DNA of 62,958 nucleotides, the filler included, from Octopus bimaculoides (lineage: Eukaryota): the NCBI RefSeq assembly GCF_001194135.2. It is 3 parts of 3 records of this genome, joined end to end, with 100 filler letters (N's around TTAATTAATTAA, not from the genome) between each part and the next. Parts side by side here need not be neighbours in the genome. Positions count along the whole stretch, not along the records: positions 1 to 14,883 come from NC_068984.1; positions 14,984 to 34,043 come from NC_068988.1; 1 more part is not named here. One strand, given 5' to 3'. The notes under the pieces are model-generated. The model worked only from the letters and a program-made list of their open reading frames with translations. It made no database searches and had not been told where the DNA came from. Positions 12,070-24,300 of the stretch are shown piece by piece. The first letter of the stretch is position 1. Each line of letters starts with the position of its first letter. Both the position numbers and the translations under genes were made by a program.

Positions 12070-13290
12070 TTCGTTATCACGGCGACAATGCTTTTCTCAA
12101 TACGCGTAACATACCAGTTACAACAACCTTTTACAGTTCTTGCAAGGATGGTAAACGTGGGATCATTCTCAAATAATTTTCAGTTCTTATTTTTACCATT
12201 CTACGTGCTCATACAATCACTGGTATTGTAACCGTCTTGAGATTCCACTTTTTGTTTCGATTCCAATGAACAAATCTTTATATATTCTGAGCTTGTCAAC
12301 TTCTTTTGCCGAGAAAAAAATGAAAAAAAAAATGAAACAAAGAAAATAAAGGGGTAAAATAGTTTTCAGTTCCTATTCTGATCATTCCAAGTGCTCCTAC
12401 AATCACTGGTATTGTAACCGCCTTGAGATGCCACATCTTTTCGATTTCACTCAGCAAACCTTTATATTTTCTGAGCTTGTTGTTGTTGTTGTTATTAATG
12501 CAGCTATTTACGGTGTACATTCGTATTTCACACAGCACTATTTAGTAACTATTTCCTTATAGTATTACTTAATGTAATATAAAGGTAATTAAAGTCTGTG
12601 CTGCTAGAAGAACATAGCTGTGATTATCCAGTCTGCTCAACGCAAAGAATTTCTAGACTGTTAGCTGTCTCAACGTAAATATTCTTAGTACATAGCTCCT
12701 CAAAAATTTGTGAATATATTTAGAGAAGCACGCAGGAAATCTCTTGGGACAGATATATTGAATCCATTGCCATGTCAGCTACCAAGAACTTTGGATCTCT
12801 CTTTTGTGCTCGCAAATCTCTCATGCTTGAGAGTATCTTGTATATATATTCGACCTTGCTTTGAATATTTCTATTATATTCGGACATATGCATCCTTTGA
12901 GTGTCTTAGCTTGTTTGATCATGCTCAGAAAGAGCTGTGAACATGCTGAGTCCACTTTCTACTTGGTAGGAGTCTTTGACTCATCATTGGAATGTATCTT
13001 CGTTATGTCTTTATCAGTATTTCCATGGGCATTGCTTTGGTTTAGTAGTCTCTGTCAAGACCTTTTAATATATCACCCGCTTCTCTTCCCAGATACATCG
13101 TTTCTCTGTTGAGCTTCCTGTTATTCATGTCATTTTATTCTAAAAGCTTTTTTGCCTCGAACTGCTGCTCTCTGGAACTCAAGTCCATTGTTGTTTTGTG
13201 TTTTTAGTTTCCTGGGTCTGATATTCAGTCTTTTGAGTTTTCTGTCAATTTACATCTTTTGAATTCATAACCTACTTCTTTTTCTTCTTT
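12070..13290 (-). mobile_element. Fragmented R4/Dong-type LINE 3' portions (RLE C-terminus present twice)
   Basis: KLRKYKGLLSEIEKMWHLKAVTIPVIVGALGMI (12380-12480); related copy at 12210-12300; PSLQEL..LRKALS end near 12080; YVLLAAQ near 12600. Confidence 0.75.
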
Positions 13291-14747
13291 ATAGACCCTT
13301 ACGCTACAGTGGCATCAAGCATTGTGCGGTACAAGATCGTTAAAAAAAATCTGGAGATGTAGTTATGCTCAAATCAAAATAACATGATGGTGAAAGAATG
13401 AGTCTACGCCATTACATAACTGGTCGTTATTTTATCGTTCCTAGAAGAGAAGATACAGAAAGTCAATCATAAGAATATTTGAATTGATAACATTGATTGC
13501 CGAAACTAAAATCTGTATTGTATCTCAACTACTTTCAATGCATTTTCTTTATACTGAAAATGGGAAATTTTTTTTATGTATATCAGTCGACAGCAATTTT
13601 ACGGCCATCATTATTCATATGTCGTATTGCTCACTCATCTCATCCATCATATGTAAAGTTGTAAAAACTTAAATAGAACCGTTTAGCATACTTCTGAAGA
13701 CAACCATTACTTCGTCGTGAAATATATATTAACACATACGCACACGCACGCACACTCATGCATACATCCGCACACACACACACACACACACACACACCTG
13801 CATCCACGGATACATACACCTAGACACATACGCCTACACACATATATAAGCGCATATATAATGGCTATATGTATTATATATGATAAAAATTTAGAGAGAA
13901 AGAGATACACAGATTATATATACCATTCTATACGTTTACATGCATGTATATGAATATATTTGGGAATGTATATGTACATGCATACGTACATACATACACA
14001 CACATATATACACACACGTACGCACATACATATATATATATACATACATAAGTTTATTAGCACAGACAGAAGAAATAGAACTCGCTCCACAAATGTTGGG
14101 CGAAGCTAAATAATATGTGTGAATGTGTGTATATTCGCACGCGCATATGTACACACACACACACATTTACTCAAATACACATGCGTGTATATATGTGTAT
14201 ATGTAGATATGTGTTCCTATGTTGTTAATGCCCTCAAACCGAGCAGGCACTTCATAGTAGCCATATAAACTATAGCATTTATATAACTCAGAAATTTAAT
14301 TATCCATTGAAAGAAAGAAAAGAAACCTACTTTCTAGTTAGTATTTAGTAGACCCACGAGGGTGGGGTCTTTTAGTTTTGTTTTATTTCTATTATAAGAA
14401 AAGATTTCACGATTTAAACGTTGAATGCATTAATGGAACGAACGTTTTTGCAATAAACTACTAAAAGTGTATCTATGTTTTATAGCTTATGATTTACTTT
14501 TTGTGTTTAAGATGAGAGTTTGAAAGGGTTCACAAGAAAAAGATGTTCCATTACTGTTTTTCACATTAAATAACTTTAACATCCAAAGAGACTTTGTAAC
14601 ATTTTTATTCAATAGCAGAATACCATTTTATTGTGAGAGAGGACGTCTAGTCAATTATATTAAACTATCATATACTACTGGTACTCGACAATGGATGAAA
14701 AACAAAAATCGACTCTAGTAAGAATGAACTGTCCACATACGAGTACG

Positions 14748-14789
<42 letters not shown>

Positions 14790-14927
14790 GAAAACCTCAC
14801 ACGCATACACACACATATATATATACATTATATATATACACATATACACACACATACATACATATATACATATACATATAAATNNNNNNNNNNNNNNNNN
14901 NNNNNNNNNNNNNNNNNNNNNNNNNNN

Positions 14928-14939
14928 TTAATTAATTAA
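14928..14939. other. Artificial assembly linker TTAATTAATTAA inside an N run
   Basis: Six-frame-stop palindrome embedded in Ns; identical construct at 34088-34099. Confidence 0.9.
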
Positions 14940-15056
14940 NNNNNNNNNNNNNNNNNNNNNNNNNNNNNNNNNNNNNNNNNNNNTCTCATTTTCAAAAGGT
15001 TCAAAATAGAAAGACACGGCTTGTGTCACCAGTTTGGGATAAAATAACTTTGTTTT

Positions 15057-15099
<43 letters not shown>

Positions 15100-15108
15100 A
15101 AAATAAAT

Positions 15109-15152
<44 letters not shown>

Positions 15153-15189
15153 GAGTGTGGGTGTTTATGTACATATGGTATGGTGAAAG

Positions 15190-16330
15190 TGAGCAAGCCG
15201 ACAGTTTGAAGCCATTGCCAGCCTTTACCTAGGAAATGTTTATACGTAACGCCTGCCACAGACGAGGCAGACTGCAAACTCATCTGCTGACCTTGATTAA
15301 TTCCCAGCAATCCTTCCCAAATCATACAAAACGAACCCTTGCAAAACCACTGAAGCTTCCTTTTCAGAGCTCCCTGGCAAGTGGTAAGCTCCCAGGCAAA
15401 TTGAAGGAGGGGATGATATGCCTTATTCATAACGGAGGATGCAGAGCAAATACTAAAAATTATAGGCCCCTATTTCTCTGACCTTACGCATCAGGGAAGA
15501 AATAGTCGGAAGGAAACTGATTCCATTCCTTGAAAAAGAACGACTTGCTGATTGACACGCAGCATGGCTTTCAACCAGGTAGGGGCTGCCTGACACAGCT
15601 CTTGCAGGACTAGGACAGGGTACTGAAGCGGTTATTCAACAACTTAAATGTAGACGTGATTTATCTCAACTTTGCAAAAGCCTTTGATAAAGTCGATCAT
15701 GTTGTGATATGTCACAAGCTTCGTGACTTTGGCATAGTTGGAAAAGTTGGAGAGTCGCTACATGACTTTCTAAAAGATAGAAGTCAGGTGCTATCTCAAA
15801 GGAAATGCAAATAATGAGTGGTGTTCCACAGGGCACTGTCTGGTGGGGGGGGGGCACTGCTTTCCATAGTAACTCTGACATGCTCTCGGCTGCCCAGAGA
15901 GCGACCTTTGCTAGCTATGTAGACGAAAGGAAAGTTTCTCAAAGGTCACTGAAGCCTGGAAATGTTGCACATCTGCAACAGGAGTTGGACGCAATATACA
16001 GGTGGGCTGAGGACAATAACATGCAATTTAATGCTGGAAAATTCGAAACCCTACCTTACGAACACACGAAGCTGAATGAAATGCAGACAAGAGACACTGG
16101 CCCAGGAGGGATTACAATCACTGAATCAACATCAGTGCGCGACCTTGAGTTTTGATATGAGTGATGAGGCATCTTCCCAAGTGCACATTATCAAGTTGAC
16201 ATTAAAATGCAGACGGTTGGCCGCATCGATCCTCCCAACTTTCAGAACGAGAGAACAGGAAACCATGATGGTCCTCTGGAGGGAAATAGTCCTCAGCCGC
16301 TGAGACAACTGCTCCTAACTATGGCTACCA
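15190..16330 (+). mobile_element. CR1/L2/Jockey-type LINE reverse transcriptase pseudogene
   Basis: LAKPL..FQSSL.SGKLP..K..NYRP; QHGFQPGRGCLTQLL; DVIYLNFAKAFDKVDH; SGVPQGTV; ASYVDE (YADD decayed); LQQELDAIYRWAEDNNMQFNAGK. Confidence 0.92.
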
Positions 16331-16369
16331 GAAAGGCCGAAAGGCAAAGTCAACCCTGGTGGTATTTGA

Positions 16370-16445
16370 ACTTTGAACGTATGGTCGGAAGAAATGCCGC
16401 TAAGCATTTTGTCCGGCATGCTTGAGATTTTACCAGCTCGCCGCC
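16370..16445 (-). mobile_element. SINE family B 5' fragment
   Basis: GAAATGCCGCTAAGCATTTTGTCCGGCATGC..CCAGCTCGCCGCC. Confidence 0.8.
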
Positions 16446-16484
16446 TGAATAATAACAAGAATAATAATAGTAATAATGATAATA

Positions 16485-16534
<50 letters not shown>

Positions 16535-16829
16535 AATTCGAGTTGAACGAAAACATTATGTTAGAAATGCGTTTTTAGTTACGAAAACATTGTTCTTCAA
16601 GAATTCTTTGATGATTTTGTTCTGCTGCTTCTGCGGTGTTATTTCGAGTTCGTTTTGCCAGAGTCTCAGCATGTGTCTAGACAATGTAAAGATCATCAGA
16701 CAATAATCGCTCACGGATGGAGTGAATAAGAAAGAAAGAAGAGCTGGAGATCGCAACCGGAGACAAATATGTGCTGCTGCTGTATCCCTTTTTCTTTCAT
16801 CAAGTATATATAGCATATTAAATTTATGT

Positions 16830-16886
<57 letters not shown>

Positions 16887-17168
16887 TATAAGATCTTCAT
16901 AATCGTTTTCGTCTTCATTTTCTTCCCGACTTTCTTTATTGTTGTTTGTTGTTTATTGTTGTTCGCCTTTGTCTTTATCCTCACTGGTTTCTCTTAGGAC
17001 TTTCTCAGCATCATCATCATCATCATCACCATCACCAACAGTATCAGCAGATCTTCTTCTTCTTCTTCTTCTTCTTCTTCTTCTTCTTCTTCTTCTTCTT
17101 CTTCTTCTTCTTCTTGTCTTTGTGTACTACATCACCAACATCATCATTACCACAATCAAAAGCACCAT

Positions 17169-17217
<49 letters not shown>

Positions 17218-17437
17218 GAGTCCATCGATAACTGATTTCCGCCTTTCCATTTGAATTTTGTTTCACTATATTTCAACTTATGCACTTACTACAAGAATTT
17301 CTATACATATTTTATATACATACATATAAACATATACATTTATACATACACACACAGAGATACACACATACATATATTCATACATACATACATACATACA
17401 TACATACACACACATATGCATAGACATATATACACAC

Positions 17438-17482
<45 letters not shown>

Positions 17483-17487
<5 letters not shown>

Positions 17488-17610
17488 CAGGCTTCTTTGA
17501 GTTTCCGCCTACGAAATACACTCACTTTGGTCGAGCCGAGGCTATAGTAAAACACACTTGTCCAAGGTTCCACGTTGTGGGACTGTACCCGGAACTACGT
17601 GGTTGGGAAT
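17483..17610 (-). mobile_element. SINE family A head
   Basis: GGCTTCTTTGAGTTTCCG..GAGGCTATAGTA..CACTTGTCCAAGG..GGGACTGTACCCGGAAC. Confidence 0.85.
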
Positions 17611-17629
17611 ATATATGTATGTATGTATT

Positions 17630-17662
<33 letters not shown>

Positions 17663-18212
17663 GTTTACATATATACATGTATACGTATAAATATGTTTAT
17701 GAATATATGTATATATATATATACATATATACATAACGCATACACTTTGAAACGCTTATTACAACACACTCTGAAATACACGTATAAAGCCACACATACA
17801 CACACATACTCACACACACACCAGAATACGCGCACACATGTATACACGCACGCACACATATATGCACACACACATACACACACATGCACACACACTTACA
17901 GGCGGGCGCGCACACAATGTTCGCCTAAATTTGTTGTTTTTTTTTTGTCGTGGGATGTATACAGAGTTGGACAACAATAGCTTGTCACGGTGGTGCACCA
18001 CAAATCGCTTAAGGCCCCTGTTACAACTTAGCAGCACATTCTCTTGAATTTCTCTTCTGGCTGCCGACTGATTCGTTAACAGCAGGGGATGAGCAGGGCG
18101 AACAATCTAGAGCTCTTCAACAACTAACGATTCATTAACTTCTATATCTTACATAACTTACGCAAATGAAGCTCTTCAGAAAATCTGGCAAATAATAATG
18201 ATAATAATAATG

Positions 18213-18274
<62 letters not shown>

Positions 18275-19118
18275 TACATACACATAGACATATATATAAC
18301 TTCTCAAGGAAAATTAGTATTTATCACTTGTGTGTTTAATTGTACCAATATTTTTTACGTGTTACTACAGTCCTCTGTTGTTGAACGGCGTTCAGTTTTC
18401 AACAAACGAAAGCATATAGAAAGAATTAAACCCAACAACATGAGCGCCACGTATTGTTAACCACATGACATCCTTGTTTGCTTTTCGTTGCTTCTTATTT
18501 TTTCTTTTAGGATGCATTGTATTTCGGTTTTGATACCTTAAACAGCTTCTGAAGCGAACGAAAGAATAGCGATTCGACGACTGGCTCATGAGAACACGAT
18601 TGGCAAATATTTCGATTTATTCGAAATTTTCTAACTTATTGATTGCTTGATTTGGGAGCTTGGTCGCTTAATGTTTCTCTTTTAGTCAAGAGAAAAGTAT
18701 GGCAGGATTAATGATTGTGCGCTTCGTGGAGTGGTAAGAAAGATGAGGGTTTGAGGCAAATGCTCTCAAAACGAAGACCGCGTACGAATTCTTGGAACCC
18801 ACCAGACCTCCATAAGATACCCGAAAACTAGATGATGGTGTCATATCAGTCGAGGGATGAAGTCTATTGCCCATGTAGGACATGGCGGGAGGATATGAAC
18901 TCAGAAGTCAAAGGGTCGCAATAATTACTGCATGACGTTTCGGAGGACCGTCCAGCATCATTGCTATTGCGCTGATTTGGCAACAAAAGTGTGTCTGAAA
19001 CAGAAATACACACAAAACTCATTAATCAAAGCATGCAAAAAATTTATTTTGTTTCTATGCATATGCATTGACATGTGTGTCTATACATAAGCATGCATAA
19101 ACACACACACACTGATAA

Positions 19119-19186
<68 letters not shown>

Positions 19187-19439
19187 GTGTATATCTTTAG
19201 CAATGGGGTTATGGGTGTATAGATGGACGAGAATAGAAGAGCTAGTTGAATGTTAAAATATTTATGAGTGGGAGTTAGATATTAGGTGATTTATTGGGTT
19301 AAGGTTTAAAAATAAATTAAAGATAAATTAAAGAATTAATATTTATTTCATAAAGTGGTGAGGTAAGGTAGATAGAAAATATGTAAGATATAAGGTAGAA
19401 ATAAGAGATATAGAGGGGTGTGTATTAATGATCATAGGC

Positions 19440-19820
19440 ATTTGTATGTGGGTGCTATTCGTGGGGGGGGGGGTGAGCTTACATTTAGATTTATGAAAGA
19501 ATTTAAAAATGTGGAAGAACTTGTGCTTACACGTAGTGGAGACCTCGTAGTATTCATTAAGCAATTGTGGTGAGTCGAGGGTTAGAATTTTGAGAGCTTT
19601 TTCAAGCAAAGTCTACAACTGGTGTGTTGGGCCTGATATGGGGTACCCGAGTCTTTTATAGCCCAGGAAAGTTTATACTGTATTTTTCTATTAATTAGAT
19701 GGTGTACGTGGCTGTCTAGTGTTGTGAAATTGCTATTCTCCTTTATATTTAAACGAGTTTAAATGTGCATAATACCTTTGTTTCAAATAGGTGCTAGAGC
19801 CAATGTAGTAGCTACAGGAA
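19440..19820 (-). mobile_element. Penelope-like element GIY-YIG endonuclease C-terminal fragment (Naiad-like motif set)
   Basis: YYIGSSTYLKQRYYAHLNSF / TTLDSHVHHL..YKLSWAI..PY..SCRLCL / EKALKIL..LLNE..CKHK across two frameshifts; same motifs as 50600-50930. Confidence 0.82.
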
Positions 19821-19879
19821 TCTATTTATTTACTCTACCTCTGCCTCCTAGTGTGTGTGTATGTGTGTGTAAAGTTCTT

Positions 19880-20024
19880 TCCGCACAAGGCCTGAATTTT
19901 GGGAGGGGCGGCTAGTCAATTACATCGACCCCAGTGCTTAACTGGTACTTATTTTATCGACCTGCAAAGAATGGATGGCAAAGTCGACCTCGGCAGGATT
20001 TGAACTCAGAACTTAAAGATGCAC
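19880..20024 (-). mobile_element. SINE family B
   Basis: ATCGACCCCAGTGCTTAACTGGTACTT..GGCAAAGTCGACCTCGGC..TTTGAACTCAGAA. Confidence 0.88.
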
Positions 20025-20484
20025 NNNNNNNNNNNNNNNNNNNNNNNNNNNNNNNNNNNNNNNNNNNNNNNNNNNNNNNNNNNNNNNNNNNNNNNNNNNN
20101 NNNNNNNNNNNNNNNNNNNNNNNNNNNNNNNNNNNNNNNNNNNNNNNNNNNNNNNNNNNNNNNNNNNNNNNNNNNNNNNNNNNNNNNNNNNNNNNNNNNN
20201 NNNNNNNNNNNNNNNNNNNNNNNNNNNNNNNNNNNNNNNNNNNNNNNNNNNNNNNNNNNNNNNNNNNNNNNNNNNNNNNNNNNNNNNNNNNNNNNNNNNN
20301 NNNNNNNNNNNNNNNNNNNNNNNNNNNNNNNNNNNNNNNNNNNNNNNNNNNNNNNNNNNNNNNNNNNNNNNNNNNNNNNNNNNNNNNNNNNNNNNNNNNN
20401 NNNNNNNNNNNNNNNNNNNNNNNNNNNNNNNNNNNNNNNNNNNNNNNNNNNNNNNNNNNNNNNNNNNNNNNNNNNNNNNNNNNN

Positions 20485-20522
<38 letters not shown>

Positions 20523-20893
20523 CATCTACCTATATATGTGTGTGTATTTATTATAAAATAAAATACCCATATGCTCCGTAAGATGTTAGAAATACTTCAA
20601 TGCCATATTTACCCCCGTCTTCCTATTATTGGAACAGACGTTGTGCAAATACTTTTATAGAAGCGAAATTAAATAGATTTGAGATAATGGGAAAATTAGA
20701 GTTTACCAATTTGACATTTGTAGAGAGGGCTTCATTGCCCTTAGCTTTTTTAAAAGGCATTTTATTTTTCATATTTTAATATCCTTTCTGGGGTTTTTTT
20801 TTTCTCACTGAGGTTTTATCATTTTAAAATTAACAAAATGCGAAGCCGGCGACAATAATACCAAAAGAACAATATAATAACAACAATATATTA

Positions 20894-20956
<63 letters not shown>

Positions 20957-21263
20957 CAACAATACCAATAATCTAAGCAAATAAATGACAAGCAAATAAG
21001 CGGTGTTTATTGCTAATTTGTAATGAAAGCCAATGTGATTCATTGCAAAATATATCCGTGAAGGTGCATTCTTGGAATGCCAAATAGCAACTCTAAACTA
21101 AGCCCCCGAGCATTATTTTGTGAGAATTTAAACTATTCCGATCCCAACCCTGAAATAAAGTACAAAATGTAATCATTTGAATCAATCTTCTACTAATATT
21201 ATCACAAAGCGCAGCATTATTATTATTAACAACAACAACAATAATAATAACATTAATAATAAC

Positions 21264-21323
<60 letters not shown>

Positions 21324-21886
21324 TATAACAATAATAATGATAATTAGTTTTCAATAATTGACAAAAAGACGAGAACATTTCATAGATAAATTACATAAGA
21401 CTAAGGGACCCTATAAGCTGGACGTTGTACCAGAGATTTGACTTGAAATTACGAATGAAATACAGGCGTCATATTTGTTATGAGTCTCTTAGCTTGGATA
21501 AATAGAAGCATTTTGAGAAAGGCGTAGAGCTAGGAGTAGTCGTCTATTTTCTTCCTCAGATATTTTTATACAAGATACACGGCAGCTAGATCATCCAGCA
21601 ACAGCCAAGCAAATTAGAATGTGAGTAAACGAAAGTAATTTGAATGTTGTCAGAAGGTATTCCCGGGCCATCCTAACCCCTCCCCCCAACTCCTACATCA
21701 TACTGAACCATGAATGTCTGACAAAAATAATCAACTGAACAGGCATTGTTAGAATATATACCAACAAAAAGATATTGGCTGTTTGACTAAAAGCCGAGAC
21801 TCTAAATAATGAGAGTTACACTTTATTTCATGGTGATATAGGGAAGAAAAATGAAGGTTGAAACGTTCAAATTAGTAATGATAGCG

Positions 21887-22187
21887 GAGTGGTAATTAGG
21901 TCTTTAAGGTGGATTGTTAGGGAGAGGTGGTTTTGAGAATTTTTTATTGATTAAATCTGGGGTTATGTTATTGCTTAGATTTTATTCATGTATGTGGAAC
22001 TTTGCAATAACTAAAACTACTGCAATGACTAAAACTGAGCCGATCGAACAAAGGAACACACCTACACGCTTGCTTACGAATCCATAAATCAATTCTAAAC
22101 AATAACATAATTCCAAATTTAATCAACATAAAAAATTCTCAAAAACACCTCTCCATAACAACGCAACTAAAAACCTAATTACCACTC
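21887..22187. repeat. ~105-bp imperfect inverted repeat (arms 21887-21994 and 22083-22187), probably Penelope-like 5'/pLTR sequence
   Basis: Arms share AATAACATAA, TTTAATCAA, AAAAAATTCTCAAAA.CACCTCTCC, ACCTAATTACCACTC; the Penelope assignment is inferred. Confidence 0.7.
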
Positions 22188-22386
22188 AAACCCTCACATC
22201 CAAAGAAGATTTCAACTCAACAGAGACAATATAGAGACAAGAACTCAGCTGCGCATATTCCGTATCTTTGTCTCTATTCCCCGTCCTTTAAGTTTTCGTC
22301 TAGTTTCCCGTTTGCTCTGCTTTCGTCTAACTTTTTCTCCATGTTGTGTTTTGCCTGTTCAACTCTTGATACATCCACATCGCGCC

Positions 22387-22426
22387 AACGCCCACCCTTT
22401 CAGGGTTATTTCCCTTCGTCGGCGTT
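22387..22426 (-). ncRNA. Degenerate minimal hammerhead-ribozyme-like motif
   Basis: AACG-CCGACGA-AGGG(aaataa)CCCT-GAAA-...-CGTT: stems I and II form; core U>C; no canonical stem III or NUH. Confidence 0.35.
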
Positions 22427-22662
22427 CGACAGCTGATGACCTTGGTGAGAGAGACAAATCTGGCAAAACCTTATATCTTCTTTTCCAGTGGCATTCTTCA
22501 CTGATATTGAAAAGGTGAAAACAAGCAATGTTAATTCTCTATATGAAGTATTAACAGTAACTGCACGATAAAGTGTAGTATATTGCCACTTAAGTGTGGC
22601 TGACCCCTAGGGGTGGATGTTACTGTTGCTTTTAGCCCCAGGAGGACATCTCCTCCAGCTGG

Positions 22663-22703
<41 letters not shown>

Positions 22704-23122
22704 TGCCAGCTGTGTGNNNNNNNNNNNNNNNNNNNNNNNNNNNNNNNNNNNNNNNNNNNNNNNNNNNNNNNNNNNNNNNNNNNNNNNNNNNNNNNNNNNN
22801 NNNNNNNNNNNNNNNNNNNNNNNNNNNNNNNNNNNNNNNNNNNNNNNNNNNNNNNCCTTTCAGGGTTATTTCCCTTCGTCGGCGTTCGACAGCTGATGAC
22901 CTTGGTGAGAGAGACAAATCTGGCAAAACCTTATATCTTCTTTTCCAGTGGCATTCTTCACTGATATTGAAAAGGTGAAAACAAGCAATGTTAATTCTCT
23001 ATATGAAGTATTAACAGTAACTGCACGATAAAGTGTAGTATATTGCCACTTAAGTGTGGCTGACCCCTAGGGGTGGATGTTACTGTTGCTTTTAGCCCCA
23101 GGAGGACATCTCCTCCAGCTGG

Positions 23123-23164
<42 letters not shown>

Positions 23165-23165
<1 letters not shown>

Positions 23166-23290
23166 TGCCAGCTGTGTGGACAGAGCAACATGGAGTAAAG
23201 TGTCTTGTTTAAGGACACAAAGCGTTGCCTGGAATCGAACTCATGACTTCCGATCGTGAGACAAATATCCCAACCACCCACTAAGCTCAG
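23165..23290 (-). mobile_element. SINE family E (tRNA head, CORE-like)
   Basis: AAAGTGTCTTGTTTAAGGACACAA..GGAATCGAACTCATGAC..GATCGTGAG; related to 57720 and 61380. Confidence 0.75.
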
Positions 23291-23703
23291 TGGCTTCATA
23301 CAAGCTTACACGGGCTTTCTCTCTCTTGCACACGCACATACACATGCACGCACGCACACACACACACGTGAACACATACATAGCCACATATATATATCCT
23401 GTACTTATGTATTTGTGTCTGTTTGTATGAATGCTTCCATACAGATCCACGATGTCGCCTATTTACGTCCGATCCACTTCCCTCGCTTAAAATACGGCAA
23501 AGTGCATTGCACATGAATAGAAAGTAAATATGCAGTCAATGACGTACGTTTCTATACATGCATACATATATATGTGTGTGTATCTACAAACACATACACA
23601 CGCGCGCGCGCACGCGCACACACACATAGACACACGCATGCATATGTAATTACAAACATATATATACGTCTATATTTATTTACATATACTTATATATGTG
23701 TAC

Positions 23704-23745
<42 letters not shown>

Positions 23746-23957
23746 CACATATATACATATACATGCGCATATATATATGTACATATGTATGTATGTATGT
23801 ATATATATGTATATATATATGTACATATGTATGTATGTATGTATATATATGTATATATATATGCATATTCATACATATGTATATATACATGTATATATAT
23901 ATATATGTATATATATGTATATATATACATATTCATACATATGTACATATACATGTA

Positions 23958-23989
<32 letters not shown>

Positions 23990-24033
23990 CATACATATTT
24001 ATACATATGTATATATACATGTATATATACATG

Positions 24034-24076
<43 letters not shown>

Positions 24077-24179
24077 ATGTGTCGTGAGTTTGTGCATTTG
24101 TGTGTTGTATATAAAGATAAAAACAAAAAAATGCAATAAAAACAACACCTCAAACAAGAAGAAAACAAACAAAATCAGC

Positions 24180-24300
24180 GGAACATGCGTATATACACGC
24201 ATTTCGATCGATCGGTTGGTAAATGTTTATATAATGGAAGTGACGGACAGCTACCAAAAATGGCGTCTACGGCCCCGCAGTAAACAGTTAGAGACAGTGT
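24180..24300 (+). promoter_or_regulatory. Candidate RNA Pol II promoter
   Basis: TATATAA 24228-24234; ETS-CRE composite GGAAGTGACG 24236-24245; YY1-type AAAATGGCG 24257-24265; in CpG-enriched non-repeat sequence. Confidence 0.4.

Noticed and set aside
14928-14939. Palindrome TTAATTAATTAA, repeated at 34088
   Set aside because: Six-frame-stop linker inserted by the assembly pipeline; not biological, and it marks joins of uncertain adjacency
18480-18560. Very strong pyrimidine tract + TAG acceptor at 18510
   Set aside because: All three frames close within 14 codons and no convincing partner donor; could be a terminal or non-coding exon but cannot be supported
18929-18965. Minus-strand ...CCGAAACGTCATGC resembling a hammerhead 3' half
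   Set aside because: 5' core reads GCAATGA instead of CTGATGA and stem II does not register; too degenerate to call
22396-23178. ~320-bp direct duplication (22396-22716 and 22856-23178)
   Set aside because: Copies are identical apart from (TA)n length and flank an N gap; most likely unmerged overlapping contig ends
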